DNA of 64,000 bases from Nitrosarchaeum sp. (GTDB lineage Archaea; Thermoproteota; Nitrososphaeria; Nitrososphaerales; Nitrosopumilaceae). The position numbers and the translations under genes are program-made. The stretch lies in NCBI GenBank assembly GCA_965223865.1, contig OZ245020.1, positions 1,664,001 to 1,728,000 on the forward strand, written 5' to 3'. Shown here in pieces: positions 29,920 through 40,408 of the stretch. The stretch's first letter is position 1, and each line of letters opens with the position of its first letter. The notes beneath the pieces were generated by a model, which made no database searches, was not told the DNA's origin, and was given only the letters and a program-made list of their open reading frames with translations.

Positions 29920-30489
29920 ACCCTTTTGAAGTAAAGTTTTTGCAAGTAATTGAGAAACTCTCAAGGGTTCAGGGTATGAACCTTGTAAGGTTAAATCATC
30001 GAGTATCTTTTGCACATCATTGGTTGTGCATCCCTCTTTTCTAACAAAAACAACATGGTTTGTTTTTAATGTAATCTTTTTCCGACTACCTAGTTTATTA
30101 TATTGAGATAATTTTGATTCAAAGGAATTTGGAAAATGATGTTTTAGTGCAGATTCTATTCCAGATGAATCATGGTAAGTAACTCCGATGATTGGAATTT
30201 TCAGATGTTCATATAATTTTTTTACATCTATTATATTATACAAAGATACGATCAATCCTGAAATTAAGACATAGTTAATGTCAGGTCTTTCTAATTCATC
30301 ATACATTTTTAGAATTACATCAGTTGCATCATCTCCTTCCAAAGTAGCGCTGCCAAAAACAAATCCATCTATAAGAAAATTTCTTCTCATTACTAATCCA
30401 GATAAGATTGATTTTTTTGAATTTTGTCGGAAACTTTCAGCAATAGCAAGGCAACGCAATCCCTTTTTTTCAAGATGAAGAGATCGCAT
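29908..30489 (-). CDS. DUF99 family protein (endonuclease V-like)
   Basis: GDDATD, YNIID, YPEPLRV; start taken at MRSLHL. Confidence 0.82.
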   Translation of the reverse strand: MRSLHLEKKGLRCLAIAESFRQNSKKSILSGLVMRRNFLIDGFVFGSATLEGDDATDVILKMYDELERPDINYVLISGLIVSLYNIIDVKKLYEHLKIPIIGVTYHDSSGIESALKHHFPNSFESKLSQYNKLGSRKKITLKTNHVVFVRKEGCTTNDVQKILDDLTLQGSYPEPLRVSQLLAKTLLQKGLSF

Positions 30490-30691
30490 TTTTTCTCCTA
30501 AGATATACCCTATAGCTAATGCCGGCAACACCCATAATAATACCAGTAATAACAGACCACAAAGCAAAAGAGGATATTTCAAACTCAGCCAATTAACAAA
30601 GCATAGCAAAATAACGCATCTAAAGTTTCGGTTTAAAAAAACAAGATCCAGTATCTGAAACATCTAAATAGATTTGATATAAAGAAAATTC

Positions 30692-30901
30692 ATGCCTGAT
30701 AGCACATGTCCTGAGTGTGGAAAAAGACTATTTCATGAAAATGAGACCACACTAAAAATTCAAGAAACAATTCATTCAAAATTCTGTAGAAAGAAGATAG
30801 GCGAAACTCACAGTTATATGCACAGAGATCCAGCACATATGAGTACATTTGATCCAGAAAGAGAAAATGATTCAACAGGATCACCAGTTTTGAAAAAATA
30901 G
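30692..30901 (+). CDS. Small Cys/His metal-binding hypothetical protein
   Basis: CPECG..HSKFC. Confidence 0.65.
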   Translation: MPDSTCPECGKRLFHENETTLKIQETIHSKFCRKKIGETHSYMHRDPAHMSTFDPERENDSTGSPVLKK

Positions 30902-30953
30902 CGGTCATACATAATACTCAAAATTATATCCAAGCATTTAGAAATCAAATTAA

Positions 30954-32171
30954 ATGGTACCAAAGTTGAATTTTGATTTAGTTATAGTAGGTGGCGGTCC
31001 AGCTGGATCTTCAGCTGCTTTTGAGGCAGCAAAAAAAGGAGTTAGTGTGGCCCTTTTAGAAAAAGAAGAATCAATTGCCCAAACAGTAAGGACAAGTGGT
31101 GTTACATGGATACAAAATATTAAAGAATTTGGAATTCCAGATGATTGTTTTAATCCCATTACAAACTACTCGTTTTGTTCACCAAATAATGAAGTGACAA
31201 TTAGCGATGTAGTGCCAAGGGCAGCAGTTTTAGATGTTAGAAAAACATATCGATGGTTGGTAGAACAAGCAGAAAAAGAAGGTACTGAAATCTTTGTAAA
31301 AACAAACATCAACAATGTTAAAAAAAATGACAATGGTGACATTATTGGAGTTACCGGTACAAACCCTCAAGGTGAAATTGAATTTAACTCCAAAGTTGTT
31401 ATTGATGCAAGTGGTTTTCCATCTACGGTTTGCAAGGCAATGAATTTTGCTACACAATGGAAGAGATTTGGAGCAGGTGCAGAATATGAAGTAAGAGCTC
31501 AGAATGTAGACAAAAATACATGGTGGTTAATGGTGGGCCAAAAGTATTCGCCAGCAGGATATGCATGGATATTTCCTGTTTCAAAAGATATCGTAAGAAT
31601 TGGAGTCGGAATTGGAAAGCCTGAATCACCAATTGATCCAACTGAAAGACTCAAAGAACTAATGGAGAACAAAGTGGGACCTATCGGCAGATTAGGAAAA
31701 ATCACACCAATAGAATTCCACTATGGATTAATTCCAAATGATGGGTTATCAAGAAAAACAGTTTACAACAATTTAATACTAGTCGGAGATTCAGCAGGAC
31801 AAGCAAATCCATTGGTTTTAGAAGGAATTCGATATGCAATCAAATTTGGAAGAGTAGCAGGTAAAGTGGCAGCTAAAGCTATCAAAGAGGGTAAGACAGA
31901 TAAAAAAGCACTAGAGCCATACGAGGAGAATTGGAGAAAAGAGATCCAATCAAAAATAAATTCTGCAGGAAAAGTACAAGATAGATGGATTGGACTATCT
32001 GATGAGGATTGGGATAAAGAGTTAGACATTATCAAAGAATTAAAACCTGAAGAATTTTTAGATTTTATAAAAGCAGATTTTGGACTCTCAAACATGCTAA
32101 AGTTAGCAACTCATCATCCAAAATTGGCAGTAAGACAGCTGTTCAATCTAGTCAAGGGTGCTAAAGGGTAA
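30954..32171 (+). CDS. Geranylgeranyl reductase family FAD oxidoreductase
   Basis: VGGGPAG, DASG, GYAWIFP, GDSAG..P..EGI. Confidence 0.9.
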   Translation: MVPKLNFDLVIVGGGPAGSSAAFEAAKKGVSVALLEKEESIAQTVRTSGVTWIQNIKEFGIPDDCFNPITNYSFCSPNNEVTISDVVPRAAVLDVRKTYRWLVEQAEKEGTEIFVKTNINNVKKNDNGDIIGVTGTNPQGEIEFNSKVVIDASGFPSTVCKAMNFATQWKRFGAGAEYEVRAQNVDKNTWWLMVGQKYSPAGYAWIFPVSKDIVRIGVGIGKPESPIDPTERLKELMENKVGPIGRLGKITPIEFHYGLIPNDGLSRKTVYNNLILVGDSAGQANPLVLEGIRYAIKFGRVAGKVAAKAIKEGKTDKKALEPYEENWRKEIQSKINSAGKVQDRWIGLSDEDWDKELDIIKELKPEEFLDFIKADFGLSNMLKLATHHPKLAVRQLFNLVKGAKG

Positions 32172-32201
32172 AGCTGTCTATATTCAAGAATTTTCAGAGC
32201 A

Positions 32202-32414
32202 TCAAGTCAGGGTAATTAATTTGTGATTTTTTGATTCAATTTTTGACTTGATTGGGATATGTGTTTGAAATGTATGCATACAAATGGCATGAAACTGTTC
32301 ATTTGTTTTTGTTCCACACCTTTTGCAAATCAGTCTATTTACTTTATTACATTCTGTGCATTTAGCAAAGTTCTCAAGCATACCACCACATATTCTACAC
32401 GATTCATCAGGCAA
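32202..32414 (-). CDS. Small Cys-rich zinc-binding protein
   Basis: CRIC, CTEC, CKRC, HAIC. Confidence 0.7.
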   Translation of the reverse strand: MPDESCRICGGMLENFAKCTECNKVNRLICKRCGTKTNEQFHAICMHTFQTHIPIKSKIESKNHKLITLT

Positions 32415-32517
32415 TTTTATTTCAATTTATGATTGGAAATTTCAAATATAAGAAACACGTAGAACTCGTTCACTCAAAGACGAAGATTATAATGTAAACC
32501 AAACACAATACCTTTCA

Positions 32518-33159
32518 ATGGATGCAGTACGAAAAACTTTTGATGAATGGGCTCAAAATGGCAGAGCAGAATTAATGGAAAGAGAACATGGCAAAAATGT
32601 ATTAAAATTCCTAAAAACAATTTCTTTTGACAAACCATTTTCATTTTTAGATGTTGGATGTGGGAATGGATGGATAGTAAGGAAGGTTGTAAAAGAAAAA
32701 AATTGTAAAAAAGCAATAGGTATAGACAAAAGTAAAAAAATGATCAATCAAGCAAATAATAAAAAAATTTCAAAGAAGGAATGTTTTATTCATACAGATA
32801 TCCAATCATGGAAATATAATGGAAAATTTGATTTTGTGTTCTCAATGGAATCATTGTATTATGCAGATTCAATTGAAGAAGCATTGAAAAAAATCTTTAA
32901 AATTTTAAAACCTGAAGGACAGTTTTTTTGCGGCACTGATTTTTATACAGATAACAAAGCAACTGCCAGATGGGCAGATATTATGAAAATTCAGATGCAT
33001 CTTCATTCAAAACAAGAATGGAAAAAATTATTCATAGAGGCAGGATTTGAAACTACAACCAAACAAATCAAAGATCCAAAAAGTAATAAAAAATGGAAAC
33101 GAGAAATGGGAACATTATTTGTTATTGGTAAAAAACCAAAAAGACAATATTCAAATTAA
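32518..33159 (+). CDS. Class I SAM-dependent methyltransferase
   Basis: LDVGCGNG, GID, FDFVFSMESLYY. Confidence 0.92.
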   Translation: MDAVRKTFDEWAQNGRAELMEREHGKNVLKFLKTISFDKPFSFLDVGCGNGWIVRKVVKEKNCKKAIGIDKSKKMINQANNKKISKKECFIHTDIQSWKYNGKFDFVFSMESLYYADSIEEALKKIFKILKPEGQFFCGTDFYTDNKATARWADIMKIQMHLHSKQEWKKLFIEAGFETTTKQIKDPKSNKKWKREMGTLFVIGKKPKRQYSN

Positions 33160-33178
33160 ATTAAAAATATCACATATC

Positions 33179-33461
33179 GTGTGAGCTGGAGCACGAAATG
33201 CTGCTACGGCAGAGGAAACTCCTCCCTCCATACAGGAAATATGATCCGGAGATGGATAATCAGAGATGGTTGGCAACGGAGCAGAAAAAAATCCGACCTG
33301 GCGCACGATGATGGCAAAACCTGAGATTTCCAGAGAAGGAATGAAAAAGCCGACCCATATGGAGCAAAGCCAAACAGAACCAAAGGTTCCTGTACCAGGT
33401 TCAGGTAGGCTGCAAAGCGCAATATCGTGAAAACAGAAGGAGGGTTACTCCCAGCACACAC
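33179..33461 (+). ncRNA. rnpB: RNase P RNA
   Basis: GAGGAAACTCCTCC and AAACAGAAGGAGGGTTACT (P4 halves); terminal GTGTG.GCTGG/CCAGC.CACAC P1 pairing; raised GC. Confidence 0.95.
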
Positions 33462-33489
33462 CAAATTAATAGTTCAGAAAATTTTGAAA

Positions 33490-34878
33490 TTATCTCATCG
33501 AACTAACATTGTCTTTACAGATTTGGGCATTACATCTACAGGTTCCATCACAAAAGCATGCACCCTGCATTTCACAATCACATTCAGAGCCCATTTCAGC
33601 TGATGCTGCACATCCACATGCTGCCTCTTCTTCAGTACTGGTTACTGCAGGAGGACTTTCTTGTTGTGGTGGAGGACTTTGTTGTTGTGTAGTTTCTTCA
33701 TAGACGCTACGGGTTTGAGCATAATCAGATTCATCGGCTAATTGAGCTTCTCCTCTGTTGGTTTGATAACCTCCAGCTGAAGCACTTGTTTGGTATCCTA
33801 CTAGTCTGTTGGGGTCAATACCTGTCTGACCTTGCTCATTTTCTTGTCTCTTAAGAGCACGGTTACTAAAAATAAAGAATCCAATGCCACCAATTGCTGC
33901 CATACCTGCCATTCCATATACAATCATGACTGGAAACTCACCAGTTGAAGTTGTTGCATAACCCTCTGGAGGAGTTGGAGTAACACCTGCAATTTCAACA
34001 CCATCTAAAATATCTAATGCACCAAATCCAATTACTGCAAGGTTTCCTTGATCAGATGATTGAACACTTCTAACAATATAATTTTGATCAGCAGAAATTT
34101 CTGCTTCAAATATTCTTTCCACTTGTCTGCCTTCCCTTATACTGCTTTCACCCATAGTCCAACTAGAAACAACAAATCCAGCGATTGTCTCATCTAGTCC
34201 AAATGTCCCGGCATCAACATTGATTCCAGTAGGATCAAATAAAAAGTGCCAGTTTGTTAATGGCTGCTCTAAGATAAAGTCTGCATCAAGCAAGTTTTTA
34301 TCTAGAATTCCTTGAGCTTCTGTTCCAGATACAACATTGTATACTACTGGTTCTTCATCTCGAATCAAGTTGATTGGATGATTAATGTCAACTCCATCAA
34401 TTACAATCTCAGCATCTGTTGAAATTCCTCTCCAACCCAAGTCCACTAGTGTTCTTTGTTGGTCCTTGGTAATTACATAATCAACTAAGGTTCCCTCAAT
34501 TACCACTTTATAATCAATTGATGTGTTGAGGTTTCTACCTTTTAGGTGAAAGTCATAATTTACGGTAAGATCTGAAATTCGTGCTTGGCTGTCATCATCT
34601 GCAATGTTTTCATTTAAATTTTGGATTAAATTCTGAACTCCAGGATTTGAGCTGTCTGCAGTACCTTTGATAGACCATTCTTTGGTGTGCAATTCATCAA
34701 ATAGTTGACCACCGTTAGGATATTCAATAAAGAATGTTTTTTGATAATTCATTTTAAAATTAGATTCCTCAAAGTTTGGATTAATTCTAGCATCCAACTG
34801 CGCTCCCCATGCAGTCGAACTAGTACCAAATACAATCAATCCGGCGATTAATACTGTTAAGAGTACAGACTTTGACAC
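33490..34878 (-). CDS. Single-pass membrane protein with Cys-rich C-terminal tail
   Basis: Signal peptide, large ectodomain, TM helix, CGC..CDC..CFC..CRC..C tail. Confidence 0.85.
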   Translation of the reverse strand: MSKSVLLTVLIAGLIVFGTSSTAWGAQLDARINPNFEESNFKMNYQKTFFIEYPNGGQLFDELHTKEWSIKGTADSSNPGVQNLIQNLNENIADDDSQARISDLTVNYDFHLKGRNLNTSIDYKVVIEGTLVDYVITKDQQRTLVDLGWRGISTDAEIVIDGVDINHPINLIRDEEPVVYNVVSGTEAQGILDKNLLDADFILEQPLTNWHFLFDPTGINVDAGTFGLDETIAGFVVSSWTMGESSIREGRQVERIFEAEISADQNYIVRSVQSSDQGNLAVIGFGALDILDGVEIAGVTPTPPEGYATTSTGEFPVMIVYGMAGMAAIGGIGFFIFSNRALKRQENEQGQTGIDPNRLVGYQTSASAGGYQTNRGEAQLADESDYAQTRSVYEETTQQQSPPPQQESPPAVTSTEEEAACGCAASAEMGSECDCEMQGACFCDGTCRCNAQICKDNVSSMR

Positions 34879-35001
34879 TATTAAAATTTCATTAGTGAAA
34901 GTAATAAACTTATCCAGGGTATCGGAAATCAGATCGAGTATTTTTGAAAAAGTAATATGTAGTTAATAATTCAGATTTGAACAGTTTTAGGAGAAAATGC
35001 A

Positions 35002-35922
35002 ATGATAACAGTACTAGCAGGAGGAACAGGTTCAGTAAAATTAGTCAGAGGTCTTGTATCTCAAGAATCCAAGGTTAATGTGGTTAGTAATGTAGGAGAC
35101 AATTATTGGCTTTACGGACTTTATGTTTGTCCAGACATCGACACTATTGTTTATGGACTTGCAGATTTACTTGATCAAGAAAGAGGGTGGGGAATTAAAA
35201 AAGACACCTTCAATTTTCTAAGGCAAATGGAAGTTTTTGGTGAAGAAACATGGTTTAGAGTAGGAGACAGAGATGCGGCAACACATTTGATTCGAACAAA
35301 CATGTTGAAAAATGGAAAAAACTTGAGTGACATAACCAAATGGATGTGTGAAAAATTTGCAGTTAGTGCAAACATCATACCTGTAACTGACAACAGTGTT
35401 GAAACAAGAATAATTACAGACAAGGGAGAATTACATCTTCAAGAATATTGGGTAAAGCATAGAGGGAAAGATCCTGTAGAAGGAATTCAATATATTGGAG
35501 CAGATAAAGCTCGTCCAAATCCAGAAGCAGTAAATGCAATTCATGATGCAGACCTTGTAATCCTTGCACCAGGAAATCCACTAACATCAATAGGTCCAAT
35601 GTTACAAATTAAAGGAATTAGAAAAGAATTATCAAAAATAAAGAAAAAAGTTGTAGCAGTTAGTCCACTAATTGGAGACAAAGCAATTACGGGACCTGCA
35701 GCAAAATACATGGAAGCTGCAGGAATTGAAACTAACGCATATGGTCTTGCAAAGATGTATTCAGATGTTTGCTCAAACATTATTGTAGATTCCAAAGACA
35801 GATTGCTTGTAAAAAAGATTCAAAACCTAGACATGAAAGTTTATGATACAAAGATTACAATGAAAAACAAAATAGCTGAAGATGCATTGGCAAATTTCAT
35901 ACTAAAACAAGTACACGTATAA
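35002..35922 (+). CDS. cofD: 2-phospho-L-lactate transferase (F420 biosynthesis)
   Basis: LAGGTGSVK, NVGD, CPDIDT, GDRDAATH, NPLTSIGP. Confidence 0.95.
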   Translation: MITVLAGGTGSVKLVRGLVSQESKVNVVSNVGDNYWLYGLYVCPDIDTIVYGLADLLDQERGWGIKKDTFNFLRQMEVFGEETWFRVGDRDAATHLIRTNMLKNGKNLSDITKWMCEKFAVSANIIPVTDNSVETRIITDKGELHLQEYWVKHRGKDPVEGIQYIGADKARPNPEAVNAIHDADLVILAPGNPLTSIGPMLQIKGIRKELSKIKKKVVAVSPLIGDKAITGPAAKYMEAAGIETNAYGLAKMYSDVCSNIIVDSKDRLLVKKIQNLDMKVYDTKITMKNKIAEDALANFILKQVHV

Positions 35923-35923
35923 T

Positions 35924-36562
35924 TTGAAAATTGCTGCAATTATTCCTGTAAAGACTTTCTCTGAAGCAAAAACACGAATAAAATTATCTTCTCAACAAAA
36001 AGTAGACCTCTGTAAAATTATGTTAGAAGAAATTCTACATATATTATCAATTTCACCTCAAATAGAAAAAATAGTAATTGTGACAAAAGAAAAAAAAGCC
36101 CTAGAGTTGGCCAAAAAGTTCAATGCAATATCAATAATTGATAATGAAGAAGAAAGTGTCAACAGTGCAGTAGCCCTTGCAGACAAATACCTTTTGGAAA
36201 ATGATTTTGATGCATCAATTGTTTTTCCTCAAGATATACCGTATATTAAAACTCAAGATATCGATTTTATTTTAAATTACAAAATTCCCCCAAATTTTGC
36301 CATAGTGGTACCATCAAGGAGATTTGATGGGACAAATGCTCTTGTTAGAATGCCAGTTGATTTGATGGAAACTCATTATGATGAAGACAGTTACAAAATT
36401 CACATGAGCACTGCCAAAGAACACACAAGAAATGTAGCCTTGGTTTTTGCAAAAAGGATAATGTGGGATGTTGATAATATCGAAGACTTGGAATTTATTT
36501 TAGAACAAAATGAGAAACCAGATATTACTCAAAAAATCAAAGATGTTTTAGATTCAAAATAA
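35924..36562 (+). CDS. cofC: 2-phospho-L-lactate/PEP guanylyltransferase
   Basis: IPVK..AKTR, DIP, DGTNAL, DVDNIEDL; adjacent to cofD. Confidence 0.92.
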   Translation: MKIAAIIPVKTFSEAKTRIKLSSQQKVDLCKIMLEEILHILSISPQIEKIVIVTKEKKALELAKKFNAISIIDNEEESVNSAVALADKYLLENDFDASIVFPQDIPYIKTQDIDFILNYKIPPNFAIVVPSRRFDGTNALVRMPVDLMETHYDEDSYKIHMSTAKEHTRNVALVFAKRIMWDVDNIEDLEFILEQNEKPDITQKIKDVLDSK

Positions 36563-36674
36563 TTGTATTTTTAGTAAAAAGAGGGCAATAGTAGCATAGA
36601 TCAGCAACAGACTTATAAGAAATGAATCAGCAAATGTTAAATATTATCATAAAACGTTAGGGAAGGTTAGAAAA

Positions 36675-37583
36675 ATGGTTAGAAGTGTAAATCCAAAAGA
36701 CAGATGCCCAAGATGTGGACAGGGAACATTGGTAACAGATGCAAATACTGGTGAGAATTTCTGTGGAAAGTGTGGATTTGTAATTACAGATAAAGTCGAA
36801 GAATCCGGACCAGAATGGAGATCTTTTTCCAATGAAGGAGAAAACAAGAGCAGAGCAGGAGTTCCCACGTCTCTTGCAATGCATGACATGGGTTTGGCAA
36901 CCGTGATTAATCCTCAAAATCGAGATGCAACTGGAAAACCACTAACAGCATCAATGAAAAGTACCATTGAAAGACTAAGAACTTGGGACAATAGAAGCCA
37001 AGTTCATGAACCTGTTGACAGAAATTTCAGACAAGCGTTTAGTGAACTTGATAGATTAAAAGACAAACTTGCAGTAGGAGATGCAGTTATTGAAAAAGCA
37101 GCTTACATTTACAGAAAAGCATTAGAAAAAGGACTGGTTAGGGGTCGTTCAATTTCAGCACTTATAGCTTCGGCATTGTATGCTGCATGTAGAGATACTG
37201 AGACTCCAAGGACGCTAAAAGATATAGGACAATCAAGTAACATTAAACGTAAAGATATTGCAAGATGTTATCGTTTATTATTAAGAGAACTTAATTTGAA
37301 AATGCCGGTAGTTGATCCAATAAAATGTATTTCACGAATTGCCAGCAAAGCAGGATTATCAGAAAAAACAAAAAGAAAGGCAACTAAGATTTTGCAGACT
37401 GCTGAAGAAAATAAAATTTCTGCCGGAAAAGATCCTATGGGATTAGCCGCAGCTGCTCTTTATGTAGCATGTGTTACAAATGGTGAAAACAAAACTCAAC
37501 GAGATGTTGCCGAAGCTGCAGGAGTTACAGAAGTTACAATTAGAAATAGGTACAAAGGCCTCAAAGTAGCATTAAATCTCTAA
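36675..37583 (+). CDS. tfb: Transcription initiation factor IIB
   Basis: Zn ribbon CPRC..CGKCG, GPEWRSF, cyclin repeats, VTEVTIRNR. Confidence 0.98.
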   Translation: MVRSVNPKDRCPRCGQGTLVTDANTGENFCGKCGFVITDKVEESGPEWRSFSNEGENKSRAGVPTSLAMHDMGLATVINPQNRDATGKPLTASMKSTIERLRTWDNRSQVHEPVDRNFRQAFSELDRLKDKLAVGDAVIEKAAYIYRKALEKGLVRGRSISALIASALYAACRDTETPRTLKDIGQSSNIKRKDIARCYRLLLRELNLKMPVVDPIKCISRIASKAGLSEKTKRKATKILQTAEENKISAGKDPMGLAAAALYVACVTNGENKTQRDVAEAAGVTEVTIRNRYKGLKVALNL

Positions 37584-38561
37584 TTTTGTTTTAACATCAG
37601 AATAAAAGTAATTTAGAATTAGAATCGTTGTAGAAATAATTCCAGAAATTAAGAATATAATTTCCATTGTACTTATCAGAGGATGGTAAAATGCGCTATC
37701 AAGGGTGATTTGATTTATTTGAGATACAAAATTTGCATAAGAGAAAATAAAATAATTTGTCCCCCAATGAACAAGTATTGCAGAGAGTAAACCAAAGCGA
37801 AAGTACAACCATCCTAGAATAATTCCGCTGGCAGTAGCTTGAGCAAATTTTCCTTCACTCCAAGGCTCGCCAGTAGCAATGTGTGCAAATCCAAAAATCA
37901 CTCCAACCAGTACAATCAAAATCAAAGCCTTTTTTGGATCTGAAGCATGTAAAGTTCCACTTGGATTCCAAAGAGATTTGAAAAAATATTTTACAGAAGA
38001 TTTGTGAGAGTACAAAGTAAATAAAGGAATTCCAAGTAACAATCCTCTGAATCCTATCTCTTCTACAAGAGGAGCCAAAGTCACATAAAAAAATTGAACC
38101 AAGTCATTATCTGTTGGAGGAGGCAATGTTTGGATTCCAAAACCTTCTTGAGTAAAAGTAACGATTACAGATGCAAGAATCAAAACTGAAAACCATTTTG
38201 TGATTGAAACAAGATAATTGGAGTGAGAATCTATTTTTCCATGAGACAGAATTGGGGAAAGAGTTTGAAAAAAACCATTTTTAGGTCCAAAAATTGCAAT
38301 CGAAAAAAGGATTGCATAAATGGACCACAAAATGACAAATGCATCACCAACGGTAATCTCAAAAGACATTTGGTATTCCATGCCGGTAAAAAGGTCTAAC
38401 TGATCAAGAGGATATTCAAAATTAATGTCTCCACCAATGTCTGTGTGAAATACAACAAACATACCCAGTGGAAATGATAAGAGCATCATTCCAAAGATTA
38501 CAGATAAAAGTGCAGAATATGGAATTCCTAGACTTTGAAGAATTTTATTTGATTCTCTCAA
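37572..38561 (-). CDS. CPBP (CAAX/Abi) intramembrane metalloprotease
   Basis: EEIGFRG, FGFAH, HWGTN. Confidence 0.9.
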   Translation of the reverse strand: MRESNKILQSLGIPYSALLSVIFGMMLLSFPLGMFVVFHTDIGGDINFEYPLDQLDLFTGMEYQMSFEITVGDAFVILWSIYAILFSIAIFGPKNGFFQTLSPILSHGKIDSHSNYLVSITKWFSVLILASVIVTFTQEGFGIQTLPPPTDNDLVQFFYVTLAPLVEEIGFRGLLLGIPLFTLYSHKSSVKYFFKSLWNPSGTLHASDPKKALILIVLVGVIFGFAHIATGEPWSEGKFAQATASGIILGWLYFRFGLLSAILVHWGTNYFIFSYANFVSQINQITLDSAFYHPLISTMEIIFLISGIISTTILILNYFYSDVKTKLEI

Positions 38562-38568
38562 TTTTGGT

Positions 38569-38877
38569 CTAATGAAGTTCTATACTTGACTCTGGAAAGC
38601 CTAAATTTATCAAAGTATCTTTGATTGTGTCTCGATGATCCCCTTGTAAAAAGATGTATCCTTCTTTTGCAGTTCCACCACATGCATATTTGTTTTTTAG
38701 TTCTTTGGCCACGGTTTCCAAATTATTCAATTTAGGATCAAGGCCTTCAATCATAGTTCCTTTTTTCTTAAATCTCCTAGTTTCCAGACGAATTATTATT
38801 TTGGTACTATCTTTTGCAAGTTCACCACAAGCGCATAAGTCTTCAGGTAGACCACAAGTATTACAAATTACCGCCAT
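38569..38877 (-). CDS. sui1: Translation initiation factor aIF1 / SUI1
   Basis: CGLPEDLCAC, LKNKYACGGT, LQGDHR. Confidence 0.95.
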   Translation of the reverse strand: MAVICNTCGLPEDLCACGELAKDSTKIIIRLETRRFKKKGTMIEGLDPKLNNLETVAKELKNKYACGGTAKEGYIFLQGDHRDTIKDTLINLGFPESSIELH

Positions 38878-38953
38878 ACGTTCTATCATAATTCGATTTT
38901 ACGCACTATTAAGCCTTGTTTGAAATTTGTAATGAAAAATAATGATTTTTTAG

Positions 38954-39307
38954 ATGGAAATTCCATATTTTCTTGTGTCAAAGGACCTTACAAAAAGAGC
39001 AGCAGAAATGCTTCTAAATGGAGCAACATTGCTTAGTGAGCCATGTCCATACTGTTCAGGAGTACGAGTAATAAAAGAAGGTCATGCCTTATGCATTAAC
39101 TGTGGAAAAGAGCCTGAACAAAAAGAGATTCCCAAAGAGCCCAAAAAAGAAACTACCAAAACAAGTTTGGAGGTAACCTTGGAGACAAAATTAGAAGGAC
39201 TATCCAAAGAACTAGAGCAAGAATCCAATCATGAAAAACAGCAAGAGATTCTAAAATCGATCAATTCTATCATAGAAACTCTCGAAAAGATAAAAACTAA
39301 ACAATAA
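38954..39307 (+). CDS. Autoantigen p27 (SSSCA1) family zinc-finger protein
   Basis: MLLNGATLLSEPCPYC..CINC. Confidence 0.85.
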   Translation: MEIPYFLVSKDLTKRAAEMLLNGATLLSEPCPYCSGVRVIKEGHALCINCGKEPEQKEIPKEPKKETTKTSLEVTLETKLEGLSKELEQESNHEKQQEILKSINSIIETLEKIKTKQ

Positions 39308-39440
39308 AGTTTGAATGCAAATTTTTGTGTAACAATAAGCAGATAACATTAAGCCAATATTTGCAAAATTATATGGTTGATCTGGGAACTAAACTTTGTA
39401 CATGAAAAAGATTGACCTCCATAGATTCAGAATTTTGAAA

Positions 39441-40091
39441 TTATTTAATACCAAAGACTGGATGTGCTGACTTTAACTTGATTACTGGTAAATATGGAAA
39501 CCCATGTTGAAATTGGTTTGTAAATTCAGCCTTTCCTCCTTTATGTCCTGAGTACTTTAGGAACGGTCCTTTTGGTTCATAATCTAATATTACATAATTA
39601 AAACAAAAAAAAGTCTTGTCTAGATCAATTTGTGTAATGTATCCAATTAACCATTTTTTCTTGTATGGAAACGCAAGTAATGTAACCTCATAATCTTCAG
39701 GCCATTCTGGATCATATGTCAGTCTTGCAAGATCTCCAAGATCATGAATCTTTATTGTCTTGAATTTGTCTTTGATAGTTTTTGATTGTTTAATTGAAAA
39801 GGGCAATGAATCCAATTCTACAATTGGCGCATAGGTTCCAGTCTTTGTAATCTCATCTACAAATGATGCTGATTCTTTTCCACCTAATGGATCATAAGAG
39901 ACATATCTTCCATTTTTTTCTGATGATACAAAAAAATGTAGAATCGAGCTTGAAAGTATTTTCCTAGTGGAAAAAATATTCTTTTTTTTGTATTCAAATT
40001 GATATACTCTTAATGGGTTTTCTCTTAGAGCACAAACATATCTTGCAAAATCTAAAAAACTTGCAACTTCTACAAAATACTGAATGACCAA
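39441..40091 (-). CDS. Conserved thaumarchaeal hypothetical protein
   Basis: 216 aa with internal duplication (DFAR..YAPIV / DLAR..YLPVI). Confidence 0.75.
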   Translation of the reverse strand: MVIQYFVEVASFLDFARYVCALRENPLRVYQFEYKKKNIFSTRKILSSSILHFFVSSEKNGRYVSYDPLGGKESASFVDEITKTGTYAPIVELDSLPFSIKQSKTIKDKFKTIKIHDLGDLARLTYDPEWPEDYEVTLLAFPYKKKWLIGYITQIDLDKTFFCFNYVILDYEPKGPFLKYSGHKGGKAEFTNQFQHGFPYLPVIKLKSAHPVFGIK

Positions 40092-40408
40092 TATTCTAGA
40101 ATACTGTACGCTCTGATTAATGTTTTATTTGTAATTTTTAGAATGAATCTTGAAGTTATTGTCATCCAGAACCGAAATGAAAATTAGCGTAACATCGACA
40201 TTTTGTTTCAATGCATTCATTTCTTCCTGACCACAGATGCCACTTTCAGAGTATAATCATAAATTAATTAGCATAATTTGAAACATAACAGATCTGGATT
40301 TTTACGCCTACCTGTATCAATATTCTCACAAGATAATGCCTAAATCCTACGAATCTACTGTCTTCTTGAACCTAAAAAATACAAATTCTATGCAAACATT
40401 GTCTACAT

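Noticed and set aside
30490-30663. In-frame hydrophobic extension upstream of DUF99
   Set aside because: Cannot tell whether it is translated; the family domain starts at MRSLHL
33204-33464. 86-aa minus-strand ORF
   Set aside because: Antisense to the RNase P RNA
40092-40408. Long spacer upstream of the ureohydrolase, checked for a guanidine riboswitch or small ORF
   Set aside because: No recognisable riboswitch motif, strong stem or convincing ORF
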